From the NCBI GenBank assembly GCA_038883795.1, contig JAVZLK010000001.1:32001-96000 (forward strand): 64,000 bases of DNA, written 5' to 3'. The stretch comes from Candidatus Bathyarchaeia archaeon (GTDB lineage Archaea > Thermoproteota > Bathyarchaeia > Bathyarchaeales > Bathycorpusculaceae). The first letter of the stretch is position 1. Each line of letters starts with the position of its first letter. Of this stretch, positions 40,005-49,122 are shown piece by piece. Position numbers and translations under genes: made by a program. The notes beneath the pieces are model-generated. The model did no database searches. It was not told where the DNA came from and worked only from the letters and a program-made list of their open reading frames with translations.

Positions 40005-41287
40005 TCCAACGGCGACAATCTTTTGAAAACTCAAGCCTAGAAGAACTTAAAAGTTTGGCTGAATCTGCAGGTTATACCGTAGTTGGTAAGATAGAACAGA
40101 TTCGAGAACCAGACTCCCGCTACCAAATAGGCGCAGGAAAAGTTGAAGAACTCGCAAAACTTGTTAAGGAAACGGGCGCCCAAAAAATAATTTTCGACAA
40201 CCCACTAAAACCAGTTCAAGCCTACAACATAGCAAAAGCCACGGGTGTAGAAGCCATAGACCGCTTTCAACTAATCCTCGAAATATTCACAAGGAGGGCC
40301 ACCACAACCGAAGCCAAACTGCAAATTCAACTAGCAAAATTGGGATATGAATTAGCCCACGCCAAAGAAAGGGTAAGGCTAGCCAAAATGGGAGAACAGC
40401 CAGGATTCATGGGTCTCGGAGCCTATGAAGTTGACGTTTATTACGAGGCAGTAAAGAAGCAAGTGCATACGGTTCGAAAAAAGCTAAAAAAGATTCGAGG
40501 AAAAAGGCAGCTACATCGAGAAAGAAGAGAGGAACTGGGTTTTTCATCCATTTCCTTAGCTGGATACACCAACGCCGGAAAAAGTTCACTTTTTAACGCT
40601 TTAACAGAAGAGGAGGTTCCAGTTGACGCGTCCCTGTTCACAACGCTATCCACAACAACAAGGCTTGTGGAAGTTTCAAAAAAGAAGTTTTTGTTAACGG
40701 ACACCGTGGGCTTTATAGATCGCTTACCATTAACATTAATAGAGGCTTTCCACTCAACCCTCGAAGAAACCATCTTTTCAGACCTTATCCTTTTGGTTGT
40801 AGACATAAGTGAACCAATAAATACTATTGAAAAGAAACTAAACGTATGCTTGGAAACCATAGAACGAATAGGTGCTGCCGGCATCCCAATAATAACAGCC
40901 TTAAACAAAATTGATTTACTAACAGAAAACGAAACTATTCAAAAACTTGAAAGCCTAAAGGAAAGAGCGCCAAACCCTGTGCCAATATCAGCCCTTTATA
41001 AAACCAACATAGACTTACTGAAGCAAAAAATTCTAAAAATGCTAAAAGATTATGTTCAAGCCTCTTTTACGATTCCATTAACAAACGAAACCATGCCCTT
41101 CCTATCATGGCTTTTCAAAAGAACAGATGTGCAAACAATAAAATATGCCGACAATCATGCCCATGTGGTTTTTGAGGCAATTCCATGGTTCGCAGAAAAA
41201 GTCAAGAAACAAGTAGAAGCATTCGATGGAAAATTCGAAAAGAAAAATCCGCAACAAAACGAACAAAGGGATATGATGTATGCCTAA
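39989..41287 (+). CDS. hflX: GTPase HflX (start uncertain; first canonical start is TTG 40055)
   Basis: GYTNAGKS, LFTTL, DTVGF, NKID; conserved N-terminus KAIIVQ..SLEELKSLAESAGY extends upstream of 40055. Confidence 0.93.
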   Translation, partial: TKAIIVQRRQSFENSSLEELKSLAESAGYTVVGKIEQIREPDSRYQIGAGKVEELAKLVKETGAQKIIFDNPLKPVQAYNIAKATGVEAIDRFQLILEIFTRRATTTEAKLQIQLAKLGYELAHAKERVRLAKMGEQPGFMGLGAYEVDVYYEAVKKQVHTVRKKLKKIRGKRQLHRERREELGFSSISLAGYTNAGKSSLFNALTEEEVPVDASLFTTLSTTTRLVEVSKKKFLLTDTVGFIDRLPLTLIEAFHSTLEETIFSDLILLVVDISEPINTIEKKLNVCLETIERIGAAGIPIITALNKIDLLTENETIQKLESLKERAPNPVPISALYKTNIDLLKQKILKMLKDYVQASFTIPLTNETMPFLSWLFKRTDVQTIKYADNHAHVVFEAIPWFAEKVKKQVEAFDGKFEKKNPQQNEQRDMMYA

Positions 41288-41858
41288 AGTTGTAGTATTA
41301 CGATGGGGCCACAGACCAAAAAGGGACGCAAGACTTACAACCCACGTTGTTTTAACTGCAAGAGCACTTGGAGCATCAGGCGTCATACTTTCAGACATAG
41401 AAGATGAGAAAATAAGAGAAAGCGTCGAAAAAGTTACAAAAATTTGGGGTGGGCCCTTCTTTTTTGAAATGGGAAAACCTTGGAAAAACGTTGTGAAAAA
41501 TTGGAAAACAAAAGGCGGAATTGTCGTACACCTAACAGCTTATGGAGAAAACATCCAAACAAGCAACGTGCTAAGCAGAATTAAAGAGTGTGGAAAAGAT
41601 ATTTTAGTTATTGTTGGAAGTCAAAAGGTTCCGAGAGAATTTTTTTCAGAAGAAGTTTCAGACTTTAATGTAGCCATTGGAAATCAACCCCACTCCGAAT
41701 GCGCAAGTCTAGCAGTCTTTTTAGACCGTTTGTTTGGTGGGGAGGAACTTAAAAGGGAATTTGAGAATGCCAGAGTGAGGATAATCCCCCAAAGGAGGGG
41801 GAAGAAAATAGTTAAGAACATTAGTTCTGATTCAGATTTCGTAAAGAGATTTAAATGA
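41280..41858 (+). CDS. trm56: tRNA (cytidine(56)-2'-O)-methyltransferase
   Basis: GHRPKRDARLTTHV, HLTAYG, GSQKVP, GNQPHSE. Confidence 0.95.
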   Translation: MPKVVVLRWGHRPKRDARLTTHVVLTARALGASGVILSDIEDEKIRESVEKVTKIWGGPFFFEMGKPWKNVVKNWKTKGGIVVHLTAYGENIQTSNVLSRIKECGKDILVIVGSQKVPREFFSEEVSDFNVAIGNQPHSECASLAVFLDRLFGGEELKREFENARVRIIPQRRGKKIVKNISSDSDFVKRFK

Positions 41859-41901
41859 AAGTTTACTAATATATATTTCAAAGAGGTGCAGTGTTCAACA
41901 G

Positions 41902-42432
41902 TTGAGCAAAAGGGTCGCTATGTTATCGACGATTGATGATGCAACTTTGATGAAAGTGGCAGAAGCTTTAGGCGAAGAAGAGGCAGTTAAATTAATCGAG
42001 ATTCTAAAAAATTCAGATGAGATAACGGATGACGAAATAGCCAACAAAACAGGCATAAGACTCAACAATGTCCGAAAAATCTTATACAAACTTTACGACC
42101 ATTCCCTCGTAAGCCTAAGAAGAACCCGAGACCCAAAAACAGGATGGTTCATATTCCATTGGAAACTCCAACCAGACCAGCTTGAAGGCTTCATATTAAG
42201 CCAAAAAAGGCGAGTAATGGAAAAACTTAACATTCGCCTCGAGTATGAGAAAAACCACGACTTTTACTATTGTTACACGCCAGGATGCAAGCGCATTCCA
42301 TTTGAAGAGGCCGTGGAGCTTGTCTTCAAATGCCCAACATGCGGAAAACCTTTAGTCCACTATGACAATGCCAAAATTGTTCAAGTGTTATCAAAGAAGA
42401 TTGAACAGTTAAGGAAGGAACTGGGTGAGTGA
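41902..42432 (+). CDS. tfe: Transcription factor E (TFE alpha)
   Basis: TDDEIA, VRKILYKL, RD..TGW, C-terminal FKCPTCG Zn ribbon. Confidence 0.95.
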   Translation: MSKRVAMLSTIDDATLMKVAEALGEEEAVKLIEILKNSDEITDDEIANKTGIRLNNVRKILYKLYDHSLVSLRRTRDPKTGWFIFHWKLQPDQLEGFILSQKRRVMEKLNIRLEYEKNHDFYYCYTPGCKRIPFEEAVELVFKCPTCGKPLVHYDNAKIVQVLSKKIEQLRKELGE

Positions 42433-42964
42433 AAAACTCCCAACAAGAGAAGAGGCATTATATTTTCTTCATAAGAGTGGATGTTCCGCAAACGTTATAA
42501 AACATTGTGAAACCGTTGCTGAACTCGCCTTGGAAATAGCAAAAATATGCAAAGAAAAAGGCTATAACGTTAACTTGGAGCTTGTAGAGATAGGTGGCCT
42601 TTTACATGACATAGGGCGCTCAAAAACTCACACGGTCCACCACGCCATTATCGGAGCTGAAATTGCACAAACACTTGGTTTACCAAAACCGCTCATCTCA
42701 ATAATAAAGAGGCATGTTGGAGGGGGAATAACAGCCGCAGAAGCAAAAAAGCTCGGATGGCCCAAAGACATATACGTTCCAATAACCTTGGAGGAGAAAA
42801 TCGTTTCCTACGCAGACAAACTTGTTGAAGGCTCCAGACGAGTATCCATAGAAAGAACCATTGAAAATTTTTCTAAAGAGTTACCGCCCTCCGCTATTGC
42901 AAGAATCAGAAAAATGCATAACGAAATGCTCACGTTAATCGGCGACTGCAAATGCCTACTGTAA
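42425..42964 (+). CDS. HDIG-domain metal-dependent phosphohydrolase (TIGR00295-like)
   Basis: LLHDIGRS, HVGGG, EEKIVSYADKL; usual neighbour of tfe. Confidence 0.88.
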   Translation: MSEKLPTREEALYFLHKSGCSANVIKHCETVAELALEIAKICKEKGYNVNLELVEIGGLLHDIGRSKTHTVHHAIIGAEIAQTLGLPKPLISIIKRHVGGGITAAEAKKLGWPKDIYVPITLEEKIVSYADKLVEGSRRVSIERTIENFSKELPPSAIARIRKMHNEMLTLIGDCKCLL

Positions 42965-43734
42965 CCTTACTCCTAAAAGTCTACGACGAATCTCAACTGG
43001 AACTTGTTGAAAAATCCATAAAATCAATTCTTAAAGGATTAAAAGTTGAAACTAAAATTTGCGAAATTACCCCACGTGGAATGGTGCAAATAAATGTTTC
43101 AGGAGAAGACGAAAAGGCAGCACTCCACTATTTGGATAAAGAAATTGGAATATGCCCAGCAAGTTTTGAAAATCTAAACAAATATTCCGAGGCTAAAGGA
43201 CGCATAACATCCTTAAACAAAAGCAAAACAGAACTTTACGTGAATATAGGAATTGCATCACCAATCGTCGACGCCACAATCCCACTACAGCGCTTACAAG
43301 CACAACTCGCCGACGGAAGAAAAATCGCCCTAAAAAAACTTATAGAGCTTTATGGCTTCTGTGAACATCTACCGATAATCATCAAAATTTTAGACATAAA
43401 CAAAGACAAAAATTTCATAGAAGCCATGCTCTCAGAAAGCCAAATTTCTAAATACAAAAAGTGGACAAAATCGTTCTTAGATAGACTGATAATTTTGGGT
43501 ATATCCCCTCTGGAATTGAGGTTGGCTTTAAAACGTGCAAGAATTAACCGCGATATAATAAACATTGAACCTTTAGGGTTGTTTGAAAATGCTGTGGCAT
43601 GCAAACTTGGGACAGATGCTGTGGGGTTGATTCCAAAAATTGGTAAGATTTTAGATAACGCAACTTTTTCAGTTTTTAGTCCAAAAAGGATTCTTGAATT
43701 CATGGATTACTCAACAGCGCTTATTTCCGAGTAA
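42952..43734 (+). CDS. DUF2110 family protein
   Basis: SGEDE, DII.IE.LGL.E..V.CK.GTDA.GLI..IG; conserved position after tfe and the HD protein. Confidence 0.8.
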   Translation: MPTVTLLLKVYDESQLELVEKSIKSILKGLKVETKICEITPRGMVQINVSGEDEKAALHYLDKEIGICPASFENLNKYSEAKGRITSLNKSKTELYVNIGIASPIVDATIPLQRLQAQLADGRKIALKKLIELYGFCEHLPIIIKILDINKDKNFIEAMLSESQISKYKKWTKSFLDRLIILGISPLELRLALKRARINRDIINIEPLGLFENAVACKLGTDAVGLIPKIGKILDNATFSVFSPKRILEFMDYSTALISE

Positions 43735-44629
43735 CTAAGTATACTCCTATGAAAATTAGAAAACCTCCAGTAATCGTGTATATACTTAACTTTTCTTCAA
43801 CAAAAACAACGGCAAACAGAGCTGTGATTAAGGGTTCAGCAAACATGAAAGAACTGGCAACGGCAGCACCAACCCTCTTTATCACATAAAACCAAATGTA
43901 ATAGCCCAAAAATGAACAAGTAACAGCCAAAAAGAGAATCGTCAACCACCCATTAAAGCTCAAAGCGAAAATTTGAATAAATGAACCCTCAGCTAAAGAG
44001 AAGGGAATAAGCAGTAAGCCTCCAAGCATGTTTACATAAGCCACAACAAGGAATGGACTATACTTGCCCATAACACTTTTTCCAAGAAGACTAAAAGCAG
44101 TCCAAAGAAATGGCGTGGAAAGCAAAATTAGGCTTCCCAAAAGAAATTGGTTATTAGCTTGGAAACTTATGCTTCCGCCCATAATAACAATAAAAGTGCC
44201 TGCGGCTGCTATTCCAACACCAAAAAATTGCCTTCTCACCAAACACTCCCTTAAAAGTTTGGCAGAGAAAACCGTTATAAAAACTGGTGCCAGTAGGCAG
44301 ACAAATATGGCTGCGATGGATGCTCCAGCCATTTTTATGCCAGTATATTGAGCGGTAAAGAAGAAAGTTACGCCTGTAAGCGCTAAAAGAATTAGTGTTG
44401 GAAAATCTTTCTTTTCAACAAAAAGCACATAGCACTTCACCCTTTTTCTTTCAAGCAAAATCGCAACGAAGAAAAGCCCTCCAGCAACAAGAAAACGAAA
44501 GGTTGCAATGGCGATTGGAGTTAACCCTTCCATCAAGGCAATTTTAACAACAACGAAGGAACTTCCCCAAAAAAGAATTAGCATAAGCATTAGAAAGGCG
44601 TTAAGACGGCTTATGGCTTTAGCTTCCAT
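43721..44629 (-). CDS. EamA/DMT family transporter
   Basis: About 10 transmembrane segments, FWGSSF, duplicated EamA pattern. Confidence 0.9.
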   Translation of the reverse strand: MEAKAISRLNAFLMLMLILFWGSSFVVVKIALMEGLTPIAIATFRFLVAGGLFFVAILLERKRVKCYVLFVEKKDFPTLILLALTGVTFFFTAQYTGIKMAGASIAAIFVCLLAPVFITVFSAKLLRECLVRRQFFGVGIAAAGTFIVIMGGSISFQANNQFLLGSLILLSTPFLWTAFSLLGKSVMGKYSPFLVVAYVNMLGGLLLIPFSLAEGSFIQIFALSFNGWLTILFLAVTCSFLGYYIWFYVIKRVGAAVASSFMFAEPLITALFAVVFVEEKLSIYTITGGFLIFIGVYLVTRK

Positions 44630-44695
44630 GACGAAGAATCTTTTATCCTAATTTATAAAGAATTCACATCAGAAAATGACGATTTTTCTTGATAT

Positions 44696-45313
44696 TTATA
44701 TGGATGGTTTGTATTTTGGTTCGTATCTCCACATGTTTTCTCCGATTTTTTCGGCTGGAACCCCCTCTTGGATTAGCATTTCCTTAATTTCGTTAACAAG
44801 ATCATCAATAATTTTATGTTTGAGGTCAAATGATTGTTTTGAGAAATTTTTCGTTTGGATTAATTGTTTGATTCTATATTCATAGTTTGCTGGTTTCTTC
44901 GCTATTTTTTGCAATTGGCGCATTCTCCACTTTCTGTATGGAACAAAACAGCGATTAATGATGAACAAAAGGGCCGTGAAAATTTCCACAGCGTTACTGA
45001 GGCAAAGCTGGGCTGTCAGCGGATCCTTCCCGTATAAGGCTTTCTCAAAATTGTATGGTGCCTCAGCCCACCCATAGAAAAAGTAGGAGAACATTTTCTC
45101 TCTTCGAATATCCTCAGGGTATTCTCTATACCCATCTAATAAATTCTTCACAGTATTATCTGGGTCATACATTATTTTAGCTGTGGAATAAACCCACAGA
45201 TTAATGTCATCATACCAACCTGTCAACAAAACACCTAAAATGCCACGACAACCAGCAAATTTTTCATTCGCAAATCCTTTGGCAACATCCAAAAGATCCA
45301 CCAACATGAACAA
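44696..45313 (-). pseudogene. DUF4037-like/nucleotidyltransferase-associated protein with apparent internal deletion
   Basis: Begins like an NTase (ILGVLLTG) but GS..D.D is absent; continues into KIMYDP..YPE..VPYRKW helical domain. Confidence 0.45.
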
Positions 45314-45385
45314 CTTAAAATTCCAAAAGTGTAATCGAAATTAACAAAATAAGCATTTAGCCTCGCAAAAGAGAACGTTCTTGAG

Positions 45386-45484
45386 TGGGCCGGGCCGGAG
45401 TTGAACCGGCGACCTCAGCCTCGTAAGGGCTGCTTTAGGCTTGCTTTTATGGCGAGTGTCCTAACCAGGCTAGACGACCGGCCC
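45386..45484 (-). tRNA. tRNA-Val(TAC) with 24-nt intron at position 25/26 (45434-45457)
   Basis: Acceptor GGGCCGG/CCGGCCC-A; D-arm GTCT..GGAC; anticodon arm CAGCC-CTTACGA-GGCTG; T-arm GCCGG-TTCAACT-CCGGC. Removing the insert gives a 75-nt tRNA. Confidence 0.93.
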
Positions 45485-45509
45485 CTTTCAGATTTAGGGT
45501 GTTTTGTTT

Positions 45510-45517
45510 TTATTAAA
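45510..45517 (-). promoter_or_regulatory. TATA box of tRNA-Val
   Basis: TTTAATAA 26-33 nt upstream of the tRNA 5' end. Confidence 0.6.
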
Positions 45518-45617
45518 GTTTGGCTGTTGAGAATAAATATTAAGTTGTTATTTTATACTGAAAAGAGAAAATTGCCGCTTTAGGCTTAGCATAGTGAGGC
45601 AAATGTGAGGAAATGAG

Positions 45618-46691
45618 ATGAAAAGGATTCTAGTTACAGGAGCTGGAGGACCTGCCGGCATAAATTTTGTCATGTCGCTTAAAATAGCACCTGAAAAAAT
45701 GTTTATTGTTGGAACCGAAGCCAACAAATATTTTCTCCACTTGGCATCTGTGGACAAGAAGTATTTGATTCCTAAAGCATCAGACCCCGCTTATATAAAT
45801 GAGTTGAACGGAATAGTGGAGAAGGAAAAGGTGGATTTTGTTCACGCCCAGCCTGATGTTGAGGTAGCCGCCATTTCAGAAAGCCGTGAAAAATTGAAGG
45901 CGAAAGTCTTTCTGCCAGCAAAGGAGACTATACGCGTTTGCCAAGATAAGTTGAAATCGGCGGAGAAATGGGAGAAAAATAATGTTCCAGTCGCAAGGTA
46001 TCTTGAATTACGAGAGGAAGCAGATGTTAACAGAGCCTTCAAAGAATTGGGAACGCCGATATGGATTAGGGCAAGACATGGTGCAGGCGGAAGAGGAAGC
46101 ACCCTTGCCCACAACAAAGGAACAGCCTTATCGTGGATTAAATATTGGAAATCGCGGGGGATGAATTGGCAATTTATTGCTCAAGAATACTTGCCCGGAA
46201 GGAATATAGGCTTCCATAGTCTTTGGAAAAATGGAGAACTTATAACTTCAATGGCTAGAGAAAGGATAGAATACATATATCCTAACCTTGCACCTTCGGG
46301 TGTTACTGGTACGCCGGCGGTTCAAAAAACAATTCATGATAAAGTTGTGAATGATGTTGGAACAAGGGCTGTATTAGCTATAGACCAAAAATTTAGCGGA
46401 ATTGCATGTGTAGACTTGAAGGAAAACGAGGAAGGTGAACCATGCGTAACAGAGATTAATGCTGGAAGAATGTTCACAACATCCTTCTTCTTCTCTTACG
46501 CAAGCAAAATAGTGAGAAGAGACTATTACGCCAATATTCCTTACCTATATGTGAAACTTGCATTTGAAGAAAAAATGCCAAACATACCAAAATATAATAT
46601 TCTACCAGAAAACATTTACTGGATCCGCCATATTGATGCACCAGCAAAACTGGTTATGGATGGAAAGGTTGTCGGGGAAATGTACAGTTGA
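45618..46691 (+). CDS. ATP-grasp domain protein
   Basis: CQDK, GAGGRG loop, QEYLPG, EINAGR. Confidence 0.85.
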   Translation: MKRILVTGAGGPAGINFVMSLKIAPEKMFIVGTEANKYFLHLASVDKKYLIPKASDPAYINELNGIVEKEKVDFVHAQPDVEVAAISESREKLKAKVFLPAKETIRVCQDKLKSAEKWEKNNVPVARYLELREEADVNRAFKELGTPIWIRARHGAGGRGSTLAHNKGTALSWIKYWKSRGMNWQFIAQEYLPGRNIGFHSLWKNGELITSMARERIEYIYPNLAPSGVTGTPAVQKTIHDKVVNDVGTRAVLAIDQKFSGIACVDLKENEEGEPCVTEINAGRMFTTSFFFSYASKIVRRDYYANIPYLYVKLAFEEKMPNIPKYNILPENIYWIRHIDAPAKLVMDGKVVGEMYS

Positions 46692-47182
46692 TTGAGGCTG
46701 TAATATTTGATTTTGATGGCACACTGGTTTATTTGCCAATAGACTATGGAAAGCTCTTTCAAGAAATAAGCAAAATAACAAAAACCTCTAATGTACGTCC
46801 ATTAACGAAAGTAGTCGCTCAATTAGGTGAGGAAACTAAGAGGAAGGTTTTTGATGTCTGGGATAAGATCGAATATGAAGCGCTGGCGAACATGAAAGTT
46901 AATAATGAAGGAATTTTGCATTATGAAAAACTCTTGGAAAAAAGGAAAGCCCTCGTAACCATGCAAGGCAAACCTTTTGTGCAAAATGCCTTAAAACGTT
47001 TGGGTTTATCCTTCAATTACGTAATAACAAGAGAAGACTCCCTTAACAGAGTTGAACAACTTAAAATTGCCGCAGAAAAACTTGGAACTAAAATACAAAA
47101 CATTCTTTTTATTGGAAACACAGATGAAGACATGTTGGCTGCAGAAACTATTGGATGCCAATTCATGAGGGTTAGAGAATGA
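46688..47182 (+). CDS. HAD-superfamily hydrolase
   Basis: FDFDGTL motif I; IGNTDED motif IV variant. Confidence 0.85.
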   Translation: MIEAVIFDFDGTLVYLPIDYGKLFQEISKITKTSNVRPLTKVVAQLGEETKRKVFDVWDKIEYEALANMKVNNEGILHYEKLLEKRKALVTMQGKPFVQNALKRLGLSFNYVITREDSLNRVEQLKIAAEKLGTKIQNILFIGNTDEDMLAAETIGCQFMRVRE

Positions 47183-48183
47183 GAATCTGGTATGACGCAT
47201 GCACGGGAAAACACGTCAGATACGGTGTAGCTATCGCAAAACGTCTAAGAGCATTGGGACACGAAGTAATATTAACAACAAGAAAACATCCAGACACTTT
47301 ACCCTTAGCAGAATTCCTAAAGGAAAAATTTATTGTAGTGGGGCGTTATGACCCAAAATCTTTGTTAACAAGGCTGAAAGAAGGCACACGCCGCCAGCTT
47401 TTATTCTGTAAAATTTTTGAAAAAAACAACTTTGATGTTGCCATTTCGCATGGTTCAGTGGACCAGTGTAGAGTAGCCTTTGGTTTGGGAAAGTCAATAA
47501 TCTGCACGTTAGATACACCTTATGCAGAAGCAGTTCATAGGCTTACACTGCCACTTGCCGATTACATTATAGCATCAAAAGCCATCCCCAAAAAAAGCTT
47601 ACAAGCCTACAATGTTAAAGGAGAAATAATTAGCTTTGACGGCGTAGATGAAGTTGCATGGATTAAAAATTTTAAACCAAAGATTCAATACGATTTTGGA
47701 AAACCATTAATTGTGGTAAGGCAATTAGAGGAAAAAGCAGCATATATAAAAGAAAAACAAGATATGATACTTCTAGCCAGAAAATTAATGAAGCTTGGAA
47801 ATGTTATCTTTCTTTCACGTTATCACCGTAAGAAGATTAGAGGCTTAATTGTTCCAAAGGAATTTATAGATTCTGCCAGTTTAGTGGCACAAGCAGATTT
47901 ATTTGTTGGTGTCGGAGGAACAATAACACGCGAGGCTGCGCTACAAGGAACCCCGGCCATAATCGTTAATGTATTTCAAAAGCAACATGTTAACGACTTT
48001 TTAGCAGAAAAAGGCTTTCCAATTTTCAAAGCTAAACCATTAGAAGTGCCAAGGCTTGCTGAAAAACTCTTAGGCGCGAAAAAAGATGTAAAACATTTGC
48101 TAGCAGAACTTGAAAATCCGGTTAATATCATCACAAATCTTGTGGAAAAATTGGCGAGAAGAGAACAGAAGATGAAGCTTTAA
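47179..48183 (+). CDS. DUF354 family protein (predicted GT-B fold)
   Basis: IWYD..KH, SHGS, AFGLG, GGTITREAA. Confidence 0.85.
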   Translation: MRIWYDACTGKHVRYGVAIAKRLRALGHEVILTTRKHPDTLPLAEFLKEKFIVVGRYDPKSLLTRLKEGTRRQLLFCKIFEKNNFDVAISHGSVDQCRVAFGLGKSIICTLDTPYAEAVHRLTLPLADYIIASKAIPKKSLQAYNVKGEIISFDGVDEVAWIKNFKPKIQYDFGKPLIVVRQLEEKAAYIKEKQDMILLARKLMKLGNVIFLSRYHRKKIRGLIVPKEFIDSASLVAQADLFVGVGGTITREAALQGTPAIIVNVFQKQHVNDFLAEKGFPIFKAKPLEVPRLAEKLLGAKKDVKHLLAELENPVNIITNLVEKLARREQKMKL

Positions 48184-48238
48184 ACATAACAAGTTTATAT
48201 GTAACATTTAGCATTTTGGATTTTTCTGGTGAAGTGGA

Positions 48239-49096
48239 ATGCCAAAGGAAAGTGTTTTAATTGTGGGTTTAGGCGAGGTTGGACATGCACTTTTTGAGTT
48301 GTTTAAGGAGAGTGGAAAGTTTGATGTTTATGGTTTTGATGTGGACGAAGAAAAAATGCTTAGAATTGTTGGCGAGAAAGAACTACCTTCATGTGTTAAT
48401 TTTATGCATATTTGTTATCCATGTTTAAAACAAGATGAATTTGTGAAGATAACTTTAGGCTACATGGACAAGTTTAAACCCAAACTCACCCTAATCGAAA
48501 GCACCATCCCCCCAGAAACTACTCAAAAAATTTATGAATCAGCAAATTCGCCCATAGTGCATTCTCCCATCCGTGGAATGCATAAAAACATTGAAAGTAT
48601 GAAAAGGGACATACTTTTCTGGACAAAATATGTTGGTGGAGTAACAAAACATTCCGCGATGATGGCGCAGAAGCATTATCAAAAACTTGGATTAAAGGTT
48701 AAAATTCTTAAAAGTCCATTGGAGACGGAGTTGGCGAAACTTTTTGAAACAATTTATCGGGCTTGGATGATTGCATGTTTCCAGGAGATGCATAGAATTT
48801 CAAGACATTTTGGAGCAGATTTTGATGAAATTGTGGATATGATTGAAGACATCCACCGTGTAGATTTAAACAAGCCACCACATTATCCTGGCATCATTGG
48901 AGGTCATTGTCTAATTCCAAATACAGAGTTGTTGTTAAGCGTATACGATTCCGAGTTTTTGCATTTAATATTAAGATCCAACGAAAAACGAAAAAAGGAA
49001 ATGGAAGATGAAAACGTTAGACTCGAAGTGGAGAAAATTAAGAAAAGAGTAGAAACCCTGGAAAAGGAGTTAACCAAGAGAAAAAGTTTATCTTAA
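48239..49096 (+). CDS. Short UDP-glucose/GDP-mannose dehydrogenase-family protein
   Basis: GLGEVG, ESTIPP, ELAKLFE, GGHCL; C-terminal UDP-binding domain absent. Confidence 0.8.
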   Translation: MPKESVLIVGLGEVGHALFELFKESGKFDVYGFDVDEEKMLRIVGEKELPSCVNFMHICYPCLKQDEFVKITLGYMDKFKPKLTLIESTIPPETTQKIYESANSPIVHSPIRGMHKNIESMKRDILFWTKYVGGVTKHSAMMAQKHYQKLGLKVKILKSPLETELAKLFETIYRAWMIACFQEMHRISRHFGADFDEIVDMIEDIHRVDLNKPPHYPGIIGGHCLIPNTELLLSVYDSEFLHLILRSNEKRKKEMEDENVRLEVEKIKKRVETLEKELTKRKSLS

Positions 49097-49122
49097 CTTT
49101 TGATAGTTAAGCCTACTATAAC

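Noticed and set aside
38513-43734. nac/PUA/mbf1/hflX/trm56/tfe/HD/DUF2110 block as a novel system
   Set aside because: Familiar conserved archaeal housekeeping neighbourhood.
43721-45385. Integrated element at the tRNA-Val 3' end
   Set aside because: No integrase and no duplicated tRNA 3' end (att site) found by eye.
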